Origin: a virus
Lineage: Duplodnaviria; Caudoviricetes
Virus record (IMG/VR): IMGVR_UViG_3300021387_000688
DNA length: 64,000 bases
Reading direction: 5' to 3' (one strand)
In this document: positions 17,897 through 27,823 of the stretch, in pieces
Layout: each line of letters opens with the position of its first letter
Position numbering within the stretch: the first letter of the stretch is position 1
Position numbers and translations under genes: made by a program
The notes under the pieces: generated by a model
What the model was told of the DNA's origin: nothing
The model's database searches: none
What the model saw: only the letters and a program-made list of their open reading frames with translations

Positions 17897-18395
17897 TCAA
17901 ACTTGCTCTTGTGCTTACTGAAATGTTTGGATTGTTCTTAACATTTGTAGTATTACTATTGTTCATTTCCAAATTCATTATAGAAGCACTTCCAAGTTCT
18001 ACTGTATTTTCTTTTGAGCCATTTGAAATTAAAACATAAGTGCCAGTTACTGCAACTACTGTCCAAGGATTCTTTTCAATAATGTCTTGGTTCTCTTCAG
18101 CCCAAGCTTCTGCAGTTTTGTTTAAAGTGTAAGTATCTATTTCTTGTGTTTTATCATTCTCTCCAAAATAAAGATGCTCAAAAGGATTTGTTTCCTTAAA
18201 CATTTTATCAGGAGTCAATCCGTAATTCTGAAGCCAATCTATAAGTTCATCCCCTTTAAGTTTTGCGGTGATGTAGTGAGTATATTCTTTTGAGTAACGA
18301 GAGGTTCCATTAATTCCGTAATCATATCCGTCATGGGTTTTCTTGAATTCCCATTTGAATGTATATTCTTGATCTAGTGCAATAAACCTTACCAT
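17889..18395 (-). CDS. Hypothetical protein
   Basis: Coupled ORF in array. Confidence 0.7.
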   Translation of the reverse strand: MVRFIALDQEYTFKWEFKKTHDGYDYGINGTSRYSKEYTHYITAKLKGDELIDWLQNYGLTPDKMFKETNPFEHLYFGENDKTQEIDTYTLNKTAEAWAEENQDIIEKNPWTVVAVTGTYVLISNGSKENTVELGSASIMNLEMNNSNTTNVKNNPNISVSTRASLIG

Positions 18396-18670
18396 TAAAA
18401 CAACCCTGCATTAACTAAAGTTTCTGCCATTCTTTTTGAAGATTCAGGGGCTACTCCAACCGCTTGCAATCCTATTTCTGCATATCTTTTTCTATCTGCT
18501 GTTGTAGTTTTAGTAGCATGCTGTAGTTTTTCGCCGAAGTAGAAATCCTTATCCCCAAAGATCTCTTCAAACTTCTTACGAGCCTCCTCTTCACTCGAAG
18601 CTTTTACCATTCTTAATGTGAGAGAATCGTGTGCGTTTGCATACCATTTTTTAAGCTTGTTTTTGCTCAT
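18395..18670 (-). CDS. Hypothetical protein
   Basis: Start set at MSKNK (GGAG RBS). Confidence 0.65.
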   Translation of the reverse strand: MSKNKLKKWYANAHDSLTLRMVKASSEEEARKKFEEIFGDKDFYFGEKLQHATKTTTADRKRYAEIGLQAVGVAPESSKRMAETLVNAGLF

Positions 18671-19022
18671 CTTGTACTCCGTCTGCTTCTTTATCCAAAG
18701 CATCAAAGATATCTGCTAAGGCTGCAATTAAGCTGGCGGCGTTTCTTAAACCTGCTGCTTTTTTACCGTAAGTTCTATCTTCGAGTCTTGCTTTATTTAC
18801 TTTATTATAGAAATTCCAATTCTTGTAGTGTCTAATTTTTTCATCATTTACATCATTTAATTCAAAAATGAGTCGAAGGTTTTTATAGAAATCGTGGGCA
18901 TCCATTGTCATAAGATTTGCAACAATATCAACCCCCTTCATGTCTAATAGACGGTCTGAGAAAATGGCATCGGCAATTTGATTTTGAATATTAGCAGCTC
19001 TTATTCTTTTCTTTGGGTCCAT
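18651..19022 (-). CDS. Hypothetical protein
   Basis: AGGAG RBS. Confidence 0.7.
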   Translation of the reverse strand: MDPKKRIRAANIQNQIADAIFSDRLLDMKGVDIVANLMTMDAHDFYKNLRLIFELNDVNDEKIRHYKNWNFYNKVNKARLEDRTYGKKAAGLRNAASLIAALADIFDALDKEADGVQDEQKQA

Positions 19023-19031
19023 TTTTGACTC

Positions 19032-19307
19032 CTACATAATTGAAAGATAATCTTGTTCATTATCTCCTCTTGTATACCCTTCTACCCCTCTTGAGAAAAG
19101 GAAGAACAAAATAGTTCGAAGGTTGTACGCAAAAGTAAAATAAAAGTAATCGTCTTCAGTTGTATACTTGATACAGAGATTCCAACCATTACGAATCGGA
19201 TTGAGGAAAGTATCTACACTCATAACATGGCGGATACCTTTATCAAAATGCAATTCTGTTCCAACTGCTTTCTTAATCTTCTTTTTTACTTTGTTGTAAA
19301 ATATCAT
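19032..19307 (-). CDS. Hypothetical protein
   Basis: ATGA overlap with the upstream gene. Confidence 0.65.
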   Translation of the reverse strand: MIFYNKVKKKIKKAVGTELHFDKGIRHVMSVDTFLNPIRNGWNLCIKYTTEDDYFYFTFAYNLRTILFFLFSRGVEGYTRGDNEQDYLSIM

Positions 19308-19747
19308 TTCCCCTCCCCACTTGAATATGTATATTCACCGTTTTTGATCCCTTTAACAATTTCTTCATATACGGCTCTTGCTTGCCAGTCAGTATATTCA
19401 TCTCCGATTAAACAATGATTAAGAGGGAATTCTAAAAGAGAAAACAAATCTGTAATTTCGCTTTTAAGTTCTTCCTTATGTTTTTCTACTTCTGCATTTT
19501 GTACATCATTGGCTTCTTTTGCAGTGAGGAAAGCCCTATCGAGACGGACACCAGAAGTACCTCCAATTCCTCTAACTTCCTTTCCTTCGCTATCTATGGT
19601 TGATTCCCAATCAACCTTGCTAATAACTTTAATGTTACCAATGCTCGCATCTCGTATAGAAGAATCCCTTACCCTTCCTCTTATAACATAGGAGTCTAAA
19701 TCGCGGTAAAAATAAATTGTCATTCCATTTTTAACATTCTCAATCAT
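19304..19747 (-). CDS. Hypothetical protein
   Basis: Coupled ORF. Confidence 0.7.
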   Translation of the reverse strand: MIENVKNGMTIYFYRDLDSYVIRGRVRDSSIRDASIGNIKVISKVDWESTIDSEGKEVRGIGGTSGVRLDRAFLTAKEANDVQNAEVEKHKEELKSEITDLFSLLEFPLNHCLIGDEYTDWQARAVYEEIVKGIKNGEYTYSSGEGK

Positions 19748-20118
19748 TAGTATGTAAACTCCATTAATTCTGATCTTTTAACTGTTCCGTTTTCTTTGAT
19801 GTAATCTAAAACATCCTTTAATACGAATCCCGAAGCCCCATCACTCCATTCCATATCTACAACCTTTCCAATTTCCTCTTCTCTGACTTGGAAAGCTCCA
19901 CAATCACCTGCGTGAAGGTCCTCGATATGGTTGTTTATGTATTCACAAATACCTTCTTCATCCTTTCCTAAAACGACTGGAGAAGTTTTTGGTCTAAATA
20001 AATCTTTATAAATCCACTCTTGCTTTTCTTCGTCATAGCTGTATGGCTCGCACATTCGGCTACAACATGTACAATCAAAAGGAGCTCCCGCACATCCTTC
20101 TTCGCAATTATCGCTCAT
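19747..20118 (-). CDS. Hypothetical protein, Cys-rich N-terminus
   Basis: CEEGC...CTCCSRMC. Confidence 0.7.
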   Translation of the reverse strand: MSDNCEEGCAGAPFDCTCCSRMCEPYSYDEEKQEWIYKDLFRPKTSPVVLGKDEEGICEYINNHIEDLHAGDCGAFQVREEEIGKVVDMEWSDGASGFVLKDVLDYIKENGTVKRSELMEFTY

Positions 20119-20121
20119 TTT

Positions 20122-20364
20122 CTATACCTTAAAAATTATAGCTACTAAAGCAATAACAAAATATGTTCCTGCTTCCCAAGCGTAAGCCATTGCAGTCTTT
20201 CTACAAACATTTCTCTTTTCAAAAGTATTTGTAGCTTCACTTGAAGGTTTACGCTTCGACTGAATTGTATTATAAATCGCGGTACTAAGTTTTCCTAAAC
20301 CTAATACCAAAGCAATGTTACTTATCATCTTCAAACTCCTTGATGCATTTCTTAACAGTTTCAA
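20122..20364 (-). CDS. Hypothetical membrane protein
   Basis: Two hydrophobic segments; start uncertain. Confidence 0.55.
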   Translation of the reverse strand: MKLLRNASRSLKMISNIALVLGLGKLSTAIYNTIQSKRKPSSEATNTFEKRNVCRKTAMAYAWEAGTYFVIALVAIIFKV

Positions 20365-20860
20365 TTAAATCTTCAGGGACAGGATCTGTAAAGGGCACCT
20401 GATTTACAAAATCCCAATCGTCGTAATAGTATTTGTCTTCTACTTTATCGTAAGCGATTCTGATATCCTTTTTATCAATGATAAAAAAGTAACCATCTGA
20501 ATTTGGTCTACAAGTTCCATAAGATGTATAACAGATGGGCTCGCCTGTCATCAGTCCATAAATTTCTCTGAAATAATAATGACTATGACCGGCTGCCAAC
20601 TTAAAATATTCCCCGGCCGTTAATTCATGGTCGTCTTTGAAATACCAATGCTCATAATCTTTTGTTGTAATGTTAGGTTCAATCTGAACATAGAATTCAT
20701 CATAAGTTGGGTGCCAACGAACTTCAACTTCATAATCTTTCAACCATTGTTTATACTCTTCAGGTTCGAGTTCTCTTTTAGCATCTTCTTGTTCTTTATT
20801 TATAATAAAAGCTTCAACTTCTTTTGGATCAAGATCAAAAATTTTTCTAAACATATACAC
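20318..20860 (-). CDS. Hypothetical protein
   Basis: GAGG RBS. Confidence 0.7.
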   Translation of the reverse strand: MYMFRKIFDLDPKEVEAFIINKEQEDAKRELEPEEYKQWLKDYEVEVRWHPTYDEFYVQIEPNITTKDYEHWYFKDDHELTAGEYFKLAAGHSHYYFREIYGLMTGEPICYTSYGTCRPNSDGYFFIIDKKDIRIAYDKVEDKYYYDDWDFVNQVPFTDPVPEDLIETVKKCIKEFEDDK

Positions 20861-20863
20861 CTC

Positions 20864-21250
20864 TTATAAATTACTAATTGTACGTCTTAATAAATCAAGA
20901 TTCTGTTCATTATCTGAAAGGAATCTTAAGATTCCTTTTTGATTTTCGCATTTGATTTTATGCATAGTTTCAATACTTACTGCAATTTGAACAATAACTT
21001 CATCAATCAGTATTAGAAGAATCTTTTTAACTTCTTCGTTGAAATTCCATTCGGCTCCATTCCCAATTGAAATATTCTCCCAAGCCTGATTTGCTTTACG
21101 AATTGCTTTTTCAATATCTTCTGGATTGAAAGAATACTTAGAGGATTTCTTTGCAGCTTCTTTCAATCCCATTGCAGAGATTTCTGTATTTACAAAACCT
21201 AAGGCCGCCAGATATAACAAAACTTTTCTGTCGGCAGTAACTTCCTTCAT
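20864..21250 (-). CDS. Hypothetical protein
   Basis: Start set at MKEVT (TAATG coupling). Confidence 0.65.
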   Translation of the reverse strand: MKEVTADRKVLLYLAALGFVNTEISAMGLKEAAKKSSKYSFNPEDIEKAIRKANQAWENISIGNGAEWNFNEEVKKILLILIDEVIVQIAVSIETMHKIKCENQKGILRFLSDNEQNLDLLRRTISNL

Positions 21251-21624
21251 TATGCACCTACTTCGATAACGGTATCGTACTTCTTGCAAGGGATTCGAAT
21301 ATCTTCAAAGATTGTTCCGATAACAAATTCGCCAGATCGAGGATCACGTTTAACAGAAGTAACATCTTGAACGATTCGAGGGCTTCCTCCTTCATCTTCG
21401 TTTTCTCCATCCGGCCAATACTTTACTGACATCATCATGTTTTTAGCATCAAAGTCTTTCTGCTTACGCTTTGCAATCTGCTCTTTGTAACCTTTCAATT
21501 CCTTGAGCCAATTGTACAGCTGTATATGTTCATTATAGCAAGAAACATTTCCGTTACATTGAGTAGGCAAGATGTCCTTTTCCAAATGTTCAATTGCTTT
21601 TTCCAATTCTGCTAAATCTTCCAT
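21250..21624 (-). CDS. Hypothetical protein
   Basis: AIEH...CYNEHIQLYNWLKEL, a pattern common in small phage proteins. Confidence 0.7.
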   Translation of the reverse strand: MEDLAELEKAIEHLEKDILPTQCNGNVSCYNEHIQLYNWLKELKGYKEQIAKRKQKDFDAKNMMMSVKYWPDGENEDEGGSPRIVQDVTSVKRDPRSGEFVIGTIFEDIRIPCKKYDTVIEVGA

Positions 21625-21626
21625 AA

Positions 21627-21770
21627 TTAATCTTCCTTAATTACTTTCTCTGCTTTACGCTGAGAAGAAGTAAAAAACAAAACTCTTTTAAGTTTAAGTT
21701 TTTTATTTTTCAAAGCGCCGTACCAACAATATGAATTTTTAAGCTTTCTCTTTTTCTTTTCTGAAGCCAT
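21627..21770 (-). CDS. Small basic protein (47 aa, not in track)
   Basis: Fills the gap in the array; GGAG RBS; MASEKKKRKLK... Confidence 0.55.
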   Translation of the reverse strand: MASEKKKRKLKNSYCWYGALKNKKLKLKRVLFFTSSQRKAEKVIKED

Positions 21771-21774
21771 TTTG

Positions 21775-21972
21775 TTACTCCTTTACTGGAACGTAAGCAA
21801 TAGGGATATAAGTAACTCCTCTTTTTGTGTCCAAATTCTTTTCAGCCCACTTTTTAGCTTCTGTCAATTCCATTGGGCTGCTTTCGATATATGCTTTTGT
21901 TTCTATGCAATTGTAAGATACAATCCCTTTAGGGCTTTCTGTTAAACTATATCCTTTTGCAACGTATTTCAT
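21775..21972 (-). CDS. Hypothetical protein
   Basis: GAGG RBS. Confidence 0.65.
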   Translation of the reverse strand: MKYVAKGYSLTESPKGIVSYNCIETKAYIESSPMELTEAKKWAEKNLDTKRGVTYIPIAYVPVKE

Positions 21973-21974
21973 AA

Positions 21975-22175
21975 TTACCTCAATGCATCTTTAGCCAAAT
22001 CTGAAGAAGTCAATCTTCGAAGGGATTCCAAAAGATTATATCCATTTGTCTGAACGTAATCCTCCTTCTGTGAATACTTATGACCTAAAAGATAAAGACC
22101 ATTGTCGTTTTCCTTTACGGAGAAGCCAGTCTGTTTCAAAACATCTTCAAAAAGTTTCTTTTCTGCATCTACCAT
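21975..22175 (-). CDS. Hypothetical protein
   Basis: Start set at MVDAE after CTATATT promoter and GAGGT RBS. Confidence 0.65.
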   Translation of the reverse strand: MVDAEKKLFEDVLKQTGFSVKENDNGLYLLGHKYSQKEDYVQTNGYNLLESLRRLTSSDLAKDALR

Positions 22176-22224
22176 AACTTGTACCTCTTTAATAATATAG
22201 CAGATTCCGGAAACAAAAGTAGCC

Positions 22225-22258
22225 AAAAAGAAACCCTAAGATTCAAAAAATCTTAGGG
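22225..22258 (-). terminator. Rho-independent terminator
   Basis: CCCTAAGATT...AATCTTAGGG with U-rich tail on minus. Confidence 0.7.
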
Positions 22259-22265
22259 CGTTTAA

Positions 22266-22817
22266 TTATCTACAAACGTTGTATACTACATCTACAAGAG
22301 GATTGAAAGATCTTAATAAGGATTGTAAAGTACCTGCTTTTTCTTCATACCAGTTTAACTCAACACCATCTGGACCCATACGGTTATCTACATAAACTTT
22401 AGCCTCTATTATTCTTCCACCAAATGCCTGAGATTCCATTGTCCCAATATAAGTCACGTCTTCATTTAAAAGAATTACATTATCTGCATGGAAGAAGTCG
22501 CAATTTTCTTCTAGGATTTTTTCAATATTTTTACCAATTCTGGCCCTATGGGAGAGGCAACAATTTTGATATTCTCGAAGGAGTTTTTCTTTTTTAAGAT
22601 CCAAGTTGACTTTTTCAGTTTTTGGATCTACACCTCCTTGATTCCATTTTGAAGAATCATAAGGGATATGATCTTGTACGATTCCTTCCGATTCTTTTTT
22701 AGGGGCTTTCTTAATTTTTGCTAAAGCTTCATAGGCTTCAATAATGTCGTCAATATTTGTATTGTAATCAATCTTATTAAGATCTGCAAAGCCAACAATG
22801 TCAAACAAACTAATCAT
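22266..22817 (-). CDS. Hypothetical protein
   Basis: AAGGAG RBS. Confidence 0.7.
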   Translation of the reverse strand: MISLFDIVGFADLNKIDYNTNIDDIIEAYEALAKIKKAPKKESEGIVQDHIPYDSSKWNQGGVDPKTEKVNLDLKKEKLLREYQNCCLSHRARIGKNIEKILEENCDFFHADNVILLNEDVTYIGTMESQAFGGRIIEAKVYVDNRMGPDGVELNWYEEKAGTLQSLLRSFNPLVDVVYNVCR

Positions 22818-23153
22818 TTAAGACTCCTTAAAATGAAGTGTTGGAGGGTAACCACCTCGGTTTCTAAATGCAATTTTATTTTCAAAAAGATACATAATAG
22901 CTTCCGTATAAGTCATATCCTTCAACTTCATAATATCGAAATCTTCATCAACTTCAAGGTATCCGGAAATTATACCATCTTTATCTTTCAAAAGATACAA
23001 TTCAAGATTCATTTCAGGGTTACTTGTTCCTCTTTCAAGAAAATCTGAAGCCCCCATAATGTAAGACTGAATGCAGTTTTCCTGATTTCTGAATCCCTGC
23101 GTTCTTCTTTTTGCTTCTTTTTCTATTTCTTTTCGTAATCCTTCTTTAATCAT
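22818..23153 (-). CDS. Hypothetical protein
   Basis: ATGA coupling. Confidence 0.7.
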   Translation of the reverse strand: MIKEGLRKEIEKEAKRRTQGFRNQENCIQSYIMGASDFLERGTSNPEMNLELYLLKDKDGIISGYLEVDEDFDIMKLKDMTYTEAIMYLFENKIAFRNRGGYPPTLHFKES

Positions 23154-23434
23154 TCTCCTGCCTCCCCAGTTTCTAAAAGCTTTTTATTGAGTTCGTTTTC
23201 CATCTCGTCAATAAATTCTGGAACAGAATCTTCAAAATAAAGTAATCTATTTTCTTTCAACAACTCTATACATTTCTTTATTGCATTTTGAGTTGCTCTT
23301 GTATATCCCCAAGCAAATGTCTTAAAGGAAGTAGGATTATCACCAAGCTGTTTTCTGTAGTAATCGATTTCATCGTTTTCGCATTCCTGCCACTGATTGC
23401 AAATCTCTTCCTGAAACTTTGCACTTTGACTCAT
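23150..23434 (-). CDS. Hypothetical protein
   Basis: AGGAG RBS. Confidence 0.7.
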   Translation of the reverse strand: MSQSAKFQEEICNQWQECENDEIDYYRKQLGDNPTSFKTFAWGYTRATQNAIKKCIELLKENRLLYFEDSVPEFIDEMENELNKKLLETGEAGE

Positions 23435-23443
23435 AAGCTACTC

Positions 23444-24010
23444 CTAAAAAGCTCTTCTAAAAATGGAATCCGGACTTGGTCTCCAATCCTTATAATCAAC
23501 CCATGTTCTTTCTACAACTGGCCAATCACTAAAGCTGTCAAGCATTTTCTTTGTAAAGTTGTAAGTGACGTTGTGTCTAAGATTATAAAACTGCGAAACC
23601 CAATCAACATTGTAAATCATATTACAAATCATTCCCCAAGCAACTTCATCCCTTGCGTCCTTAACAGAAAGACTTACTCCATCGATTCCAAAAGTGTCGC
23701 CTTTATTTTCAGTAAGATATTTATAGAAGTCTGCAGCGTTACCATAAACAATTACGTACTTAATGTTTGGGTACTTTGCTTTGTAATGAGTTGCAATTGC
23801 AGAAGGGTTTGTAAATTCAAAAGGTTCTCCTCCTGTTAAAAACAACCATTCTGCTTTACTCAATTCTTCATCTGTAACTACAGGAACATCGTTTAAGGAA
23901 TAACATTTATTGCAACAATTTGGGCAATTACGAGAACATAAATCTGTTACTAACAAATGAATGCGCTTTACAGTTTTCTCATTCTTTTCGTTTAATATCT
24001 CAGCGCCCAT
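23444..24010 (-). CDS. Radical SAM protein (short)
   Basis: CSRNCPNC (CxxxCxxC), LTGGEPF. Confidence 0.88.
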   Translation of the reverse strand: MGAEILNEKNEKTVKRIHLLVTDLCSRNCPNCCNKCYSLNDVPVVTDEELSKAEWLFLTGGEPFEFTNPSAIATHYKAKYPNIKYVIVYGNAADFYKYLTENKGDTFGIDGVSLSVKDARDEVAWGMICNMIYNVDWVSQFYNLRHNVTYNFTKKMLDSFSDWPVVERTWVDYKDWRPSPDSIFRRAF

Positions 24011-24191
24011 ATGTTTTTCCTTTCTTCAAATATTTATTTGAAAAATATTTTCTTGTTCCCTTAATAGTATCGATAGGAGAAGGTCCATAGAGGTCTTCTA
24101 TGACATCATCTGCTCCCCACATTGATCCTATTATTCCGAATACAAATGCAACTACTAAGAGTGCAAAAAATATAATTACGCCTTTACTCAT
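24000..24191 (-). CDS. Small membrane protein, predicted leaderless
   Basis: N-terminal TM helix; CTATAAT-N6-ATG. Confidence 0.7.
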   Translation of the reverse strand: MSKGVIIFFALLVVAFVFGIIGSMWGADDVIEDLYGPSPIDTIKGTRKYFSNKYLKKGKTYGR

Positions 24192-24205
24192 GTTAATATT
24201 ATAGC

Positions 24206-25765
24206 TTACTCCGGTTTCTTAGGTTTCATTTCTGCCCAAAATTTGTCGACTAAATCTGCCTTGAGAGTTTTATAAGCTTCTTCCCAAATTTCTTTTGGTA
24301 AATAGTCGCAGAAGGTTTGCTCAAAAGACCATACATTTCTTTTATAATACCTGCAATCAGTTTTTCCTTTTGAAAGTATTTCTGATTCGAAACTACCTCT
24401 CAAGCCATGTACCGCAATATAGAGTCCAAAATTCATTTCATTAGGACCATCTATGTAATTACAGCCCCCGTTGCAGAATTTACTAACAATGCCTTTAAGA
24501 AAATCTTCATCCAATCTTACAATAATTCTTCCATCTTTTCCATCAGTTGTAGTAAAGGTATAGTGCCACACGATTTCTTTTGCAGAATCTTCTCTTTCAA
24601 TTTCTGGCTCTTCTTTTGTAAACTCGTCATGATCTTCAAATGAATTCCATAATGCTTCTGTAATTTCAAAAGCTTTATCCTGGTCCAATTTCAAATTATT
24701 GATCAAGTAAGCTTTAAGGACTTCCAAAGAATCTGAGTCACTGTCACAAGTTCTATAGATGTCGGTATGGTTTCCGGCATCCCTGATATTCCATTTGAAT
24801 GTAAGAGGTTTGTCATAAAACAGTATACCTCTTAATGATTTTCTTTCGAACTTAAGTTCGAAAGCTACACTAGGTTTAGTACCATTTCTATTCTGTAGGA
24901 AAATCTTATAATCTTCAAAGCAACCAAGAGGATTAATCTTAATCCAGAATGCTTTCTTTCCACTTTCAAACCATTCATCTACTCTTTTTATAAAATCTTC
25001 GATCTGGTTGTTAGATAGTTTCATTTTCTTAAGAGCGTTTTTAAGAGCTTCTTCTGAGAAATTATACTTATCTTCTTTTATAACTTCTACACCTTTGATT
25101 TCATCATTAGTAATAAGAGGGTGTTTGCGGTCTCCTGGAAGTTTGTAAATACCCCAATCCTGCATGGCTAAGCTAGATTTGAAATCAAGCTCACCATTCC
25201 TTATAAGATTGTAATTGCGGGGTATAAATGCAATATAACGGATTCGGAGATAATAAAAACCATTATTAGTTAATAAACGTGCAGAATTTTCAAACCCGTC
25301 GTTATGCAAATATGTAAATTGATTTTCAATTTCAAGCGGAGGTTCCCAAGTTTCTCTAATCTCTTTAGTTAAAGCATTCTCGAGTAATTTGAAAATCTTA
25401 GTTTCAAAACTTTCATATTTTTCTTTGTAATTTTTAGTAGGGTATGCCTCTTTCAAAGCAGCCATTGCTTTCTTCTTAAAAACCTTCATGAAGTTTATTA
25501 AATCCCTTTCGGAATTAATGTCTTTAAGGATTGCAAACTCTTTATGTTCTTTACCCATAACGTCATTGTTATATCTTGGGGTCCAATACTTTACTCTTAA
25601 ATCAATAAACTTTAAGGCACCCATATCCCAATGGTCGTAAAGAATTTCCTCTCCATTATCTTTAAGTTCTACTCTCCATTCAACTCTAATAAGGTTATGG
25701 GTGGCTGTAAGATTTTCACCTTCATTAAAAGAATAACAAAAATATTTTTTCATATTAGTCTGCAT
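24206..25765 (-). CDS. Hypothetical protein (519 aa)
   Basis: Long ORF; AGGAG RBS. Confidence 0.8.
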   Translation of the reverse strand: MQTNMKKYFCYSFNEGENLTATHNLIRVEWRVELKDNGEEILYDHWDMGALKFIDLRVKYWTPRYNNDVMGKEHKEFAILKDINSERDLINFMKVFKKKAMAALKEAYPTKNYKEKYESFETKIFKLLENALTKEIRETWEPPLEIENQFTYLHNDGFENSARLLTNNGFYYLRIRYIAFIPRNYNLIRNGELDFKSSLAMQDWGIYKLPGDRKHPLITNDEIKGVEVIKEDKYNFSEEALKNALKKMKLSNNQIEDFIKRVDEWFESGKKAFWIKINPLGCFEDYKIFLQNRNGTKPSVAFELKFERKSLRGILFYDKPLTFKWNIRDAGNHTDIYRTCDSDSDSLEVLKAYLINNLKLDQDKAFEITEALWNSFEDHDEFTKEEPEIEREDSAKEIVWHYTFTTTDGKDGRIIVRLDEDFLKGIVSKFCNGGCNYIDGPNEMNFGLYIAVHGLRGSFESEILSKGKTDCRYYKRNVWSFEQTFCDYLPKEIWEEAYKTLKADLVDKFWAEMKPKKPE

Positions 25766-26048
25766 AGTCTCCTACCTGTTTCCAACTATTTGCAAAACGA
25801 TTAGCTTCTGCATCGATTTCGCATCCCATGGTATGGCAAAAGTCATCAATTCTACAATCACAACAACATGTCAAGTTTGGGCAAACTTTATTTGCAATTT
25901 TAATTACATCATCTCCGTAAATGTTCACCAAAATGTTTAATAAAAGATCAAGCTGCTTTCTTCCATTGGATTCGTCGAGTTGAGTTAATGAACATTCGTT
26001 ACAATTTTCGTTACAAAATCTTTTCATTCTATACTCCCCCTTTGTCAC
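25755..26048 (-). CDS. Cys-rich hypothetical protein
   Basis: CNENCNEC...CPNLTCCCDCRIDDFCH. Confidence 0.7.
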   Translation of the reverse strand: MTKGEYRMKRFCNENCNECSLTQLDESNGRKQLDLLLNILVNIYGDDVIKIANKVCPNLTCCCDCRIDDFCHTMGCEIDAEANRFANSWKQVGDYAD

Positions 26049-26562
26049 CCTTTTCGTTGTAATGTCTTTTCCAATCTTCTTTTTTCATATCGAGAGCCTT
26101 ACGAATATCTTCTATTAAAGTTACCATGTCTTCTTTCCAAGAAGAGGAATCGGGGTCTCCTAAACTTCCATCAAACCAATTCGGATAGGAATCAAGATCT
26201 CCTTCAGCGTACTTATAAGTAATCTGGTAACCAGATAAATATTCTTCTATTTTATCTTTTTCCCATTCTAATTCAATTTTAATGGCATAGTAATTTTTAG
26301 AACTTTCTGGGTTCATTTGAATTACAAGAGAGGTAGGCGCATAAGGTATTGCCCAATTTACATCGGTGTAAAAAAACTTCCAGCCTATTTCTCCTTCTTT
26401 TATTTCGTGCAAGTCATCTACTTTCTTAAAAGGAGGTGCTTCCAATTGCTTAGTTTCTTTATTGAATCTGTGATAAATATTGGCCCTTGGATTTTCATTA
26501 GATAAATTCTTTTCAAGAAACTCAATGGTTCTCTTTACATCTGAAAAAGTCTGGTGAAACAT
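26029..26562 (-). CDS. Hypothetical protein
   Basis: Coupled ORF. Confidence 0.7.
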   Translation of the reverse strand: MFHQTFSDVKRTIEFLEKNLSNENPRANIYHRFNKETKQLEAPPFKKVDDLHEIKEGEIGWKFFYTDVNWAIPYAPTSLVIQMNPESSKNYYAIKIELEWEKDKIEEYLSGYQITYKYAEGDLDSYPNWFDGSLGDPDSSSWKEDMVTLIEDIRKALDMKKEDWKRHYNEKGDKGGV

Positions 26563-27170
26563 TATTCTACATCCTCATATCTTAATACTTGATCTTCTCT
26601 ATACGTATGCAACCAACCCACCCATTCGTCATAATTACGAAAAAACTTTTTTGTAAGATTTGGATTGCAATCCCTTTCTCCTAAAACTTCCTGATCTGTA
26701 TCTATTACAAATCTGCAAGGTCTCCAATCCGGTTTGTATTTTTCTTTCAACATATCGTCATATTCTCTTAGCATCTTCTGGCGCTGAGAAAGCTGCAAGT
26801 TACGGAAATGTACCTCGGCTTTAAGATTCTTGATATGTTTCTGGATACCATTCATTTGCTGGCGGTAATAAAGGAGATAAGCATAAGCTTTTGCTCCCAT
26901 AGAAAAATCTGTAGCAGGGTCCCAAAGATTTGGATGATACCAAACTTCTTTTCGCATTGGTGCAAAAATAGCTTTATCATTTGGTATACTGTTTTTGCAA
27001 TACCGGATTCTTTCGTTAAGCCAATTTGACTGGGCTTTATGATTTGCAAGTCTTTCCTTTGCTCCATTAAGACCTTTCTTTTCAGAAAGCATCTTGTCCA
27101 CCAACTTATTTCTTTCTTTACTTTCTTCTGGGGTAGCTCTATTCAAAGTATCTAAATCAATCATCAACAA
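26562..27170 (-). CDS. Hypothetical coiled-coil protein
   Basis: AAGGAG RBS. Confidence 0.7.
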   Translation of the reverse strand: MLMIDLDTLNRATPEESKERNKLVDKMLSEKKGLNGAKERLANHKAQSNWLNERIRYCKNSIPNDKAIFAPMRKEVWYHPNLWDPATDFSMGAKAYAYLLYYRQQMNGIQKHIKNLKAEVHFRNLQLSQRQKMLREYDDMLKEKYKPDWRPCRFVIDTDQEVLGERDCNPNLTKKFFRNYDEWVGWLHTYREDQVLRYEDVE

Positions 27171-27811
27171 TTCTCCTTATCAAATATTGGAAGCTCTGTC
27201 CAATAAGGTGGAGGGGAAGGATACTCCCCGCAACCTCTACTAGGGCTCCATTTACGGAATCCATAATGATAATGACATTTATCCCCGCAAGGGTCTAATA
27301 CGTCAATACTTAAATTGCAATCTTTATTCCTTCTAGGAGGAAGTTCCACTGAAGTTTTATGCCAATTGGTTTTTGGTTTAGATGTTGTATTAAAAGATAC
27401 ATTTCCTCCTATCAATTCCTTCGCCATATTTGCATCATTAATAATACTATCGAGTAGTTCAGTTAAGTTTGTATCTTCTGTTTTATGAATAGATTCTACG
27501 GTACCTTCTTTTTTCAAATCATTTACTTCTTTTTTAAGTTTTGATTCCAACATATCTAAGAACTGAAGTAAAGTTCTTTTTGTGATATCTTCTTCAAAAA
27601 GATTCTCAACCGCAGTTCTGAGAGCTGTAAATTGTATCGTAAAAGAAACTGCAAATTTAGTAATGCATACATCTTTTGAAATGTCTTCCATGTGAAATTT
27701 ATGTATAAAAACTTTTGAAATAGTTTCTATTGCAGCATATACATCGCAATCTTTTTGAATATTAAAAGGCGTTTTATAAATCTCTTGAAGTGCCCAATCT
27801 ACCATACTCAT
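27164..27811 (-). CDS. Hypothetical protein with C-terminal DUF551-like segment
   Basis: NWHKTSVELP...YWTELP pattern. Confidence 0.6.
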   Translation of the reverse strand: MSMVDWALQEIYKTPFNIQKDCDVYAAIETISKVFIHKFHMEDISKDVCITKFAVSFTIQFTALRTAVENLFEEDITKRTLLQFLDMLESKLKKEVNDLKKEGTVESIHKTEDTNLTELLDSIINDANMAKELIGGNVSFNTTSKPKTNWHKTSVELPPRRNKDCNLSIDVLDPCGDKCHYHYGFRKWSPSRGCGEYPSPPPYWTELPIFDKENC

Positions 27812-27823
27812 TTTTACTTCTCC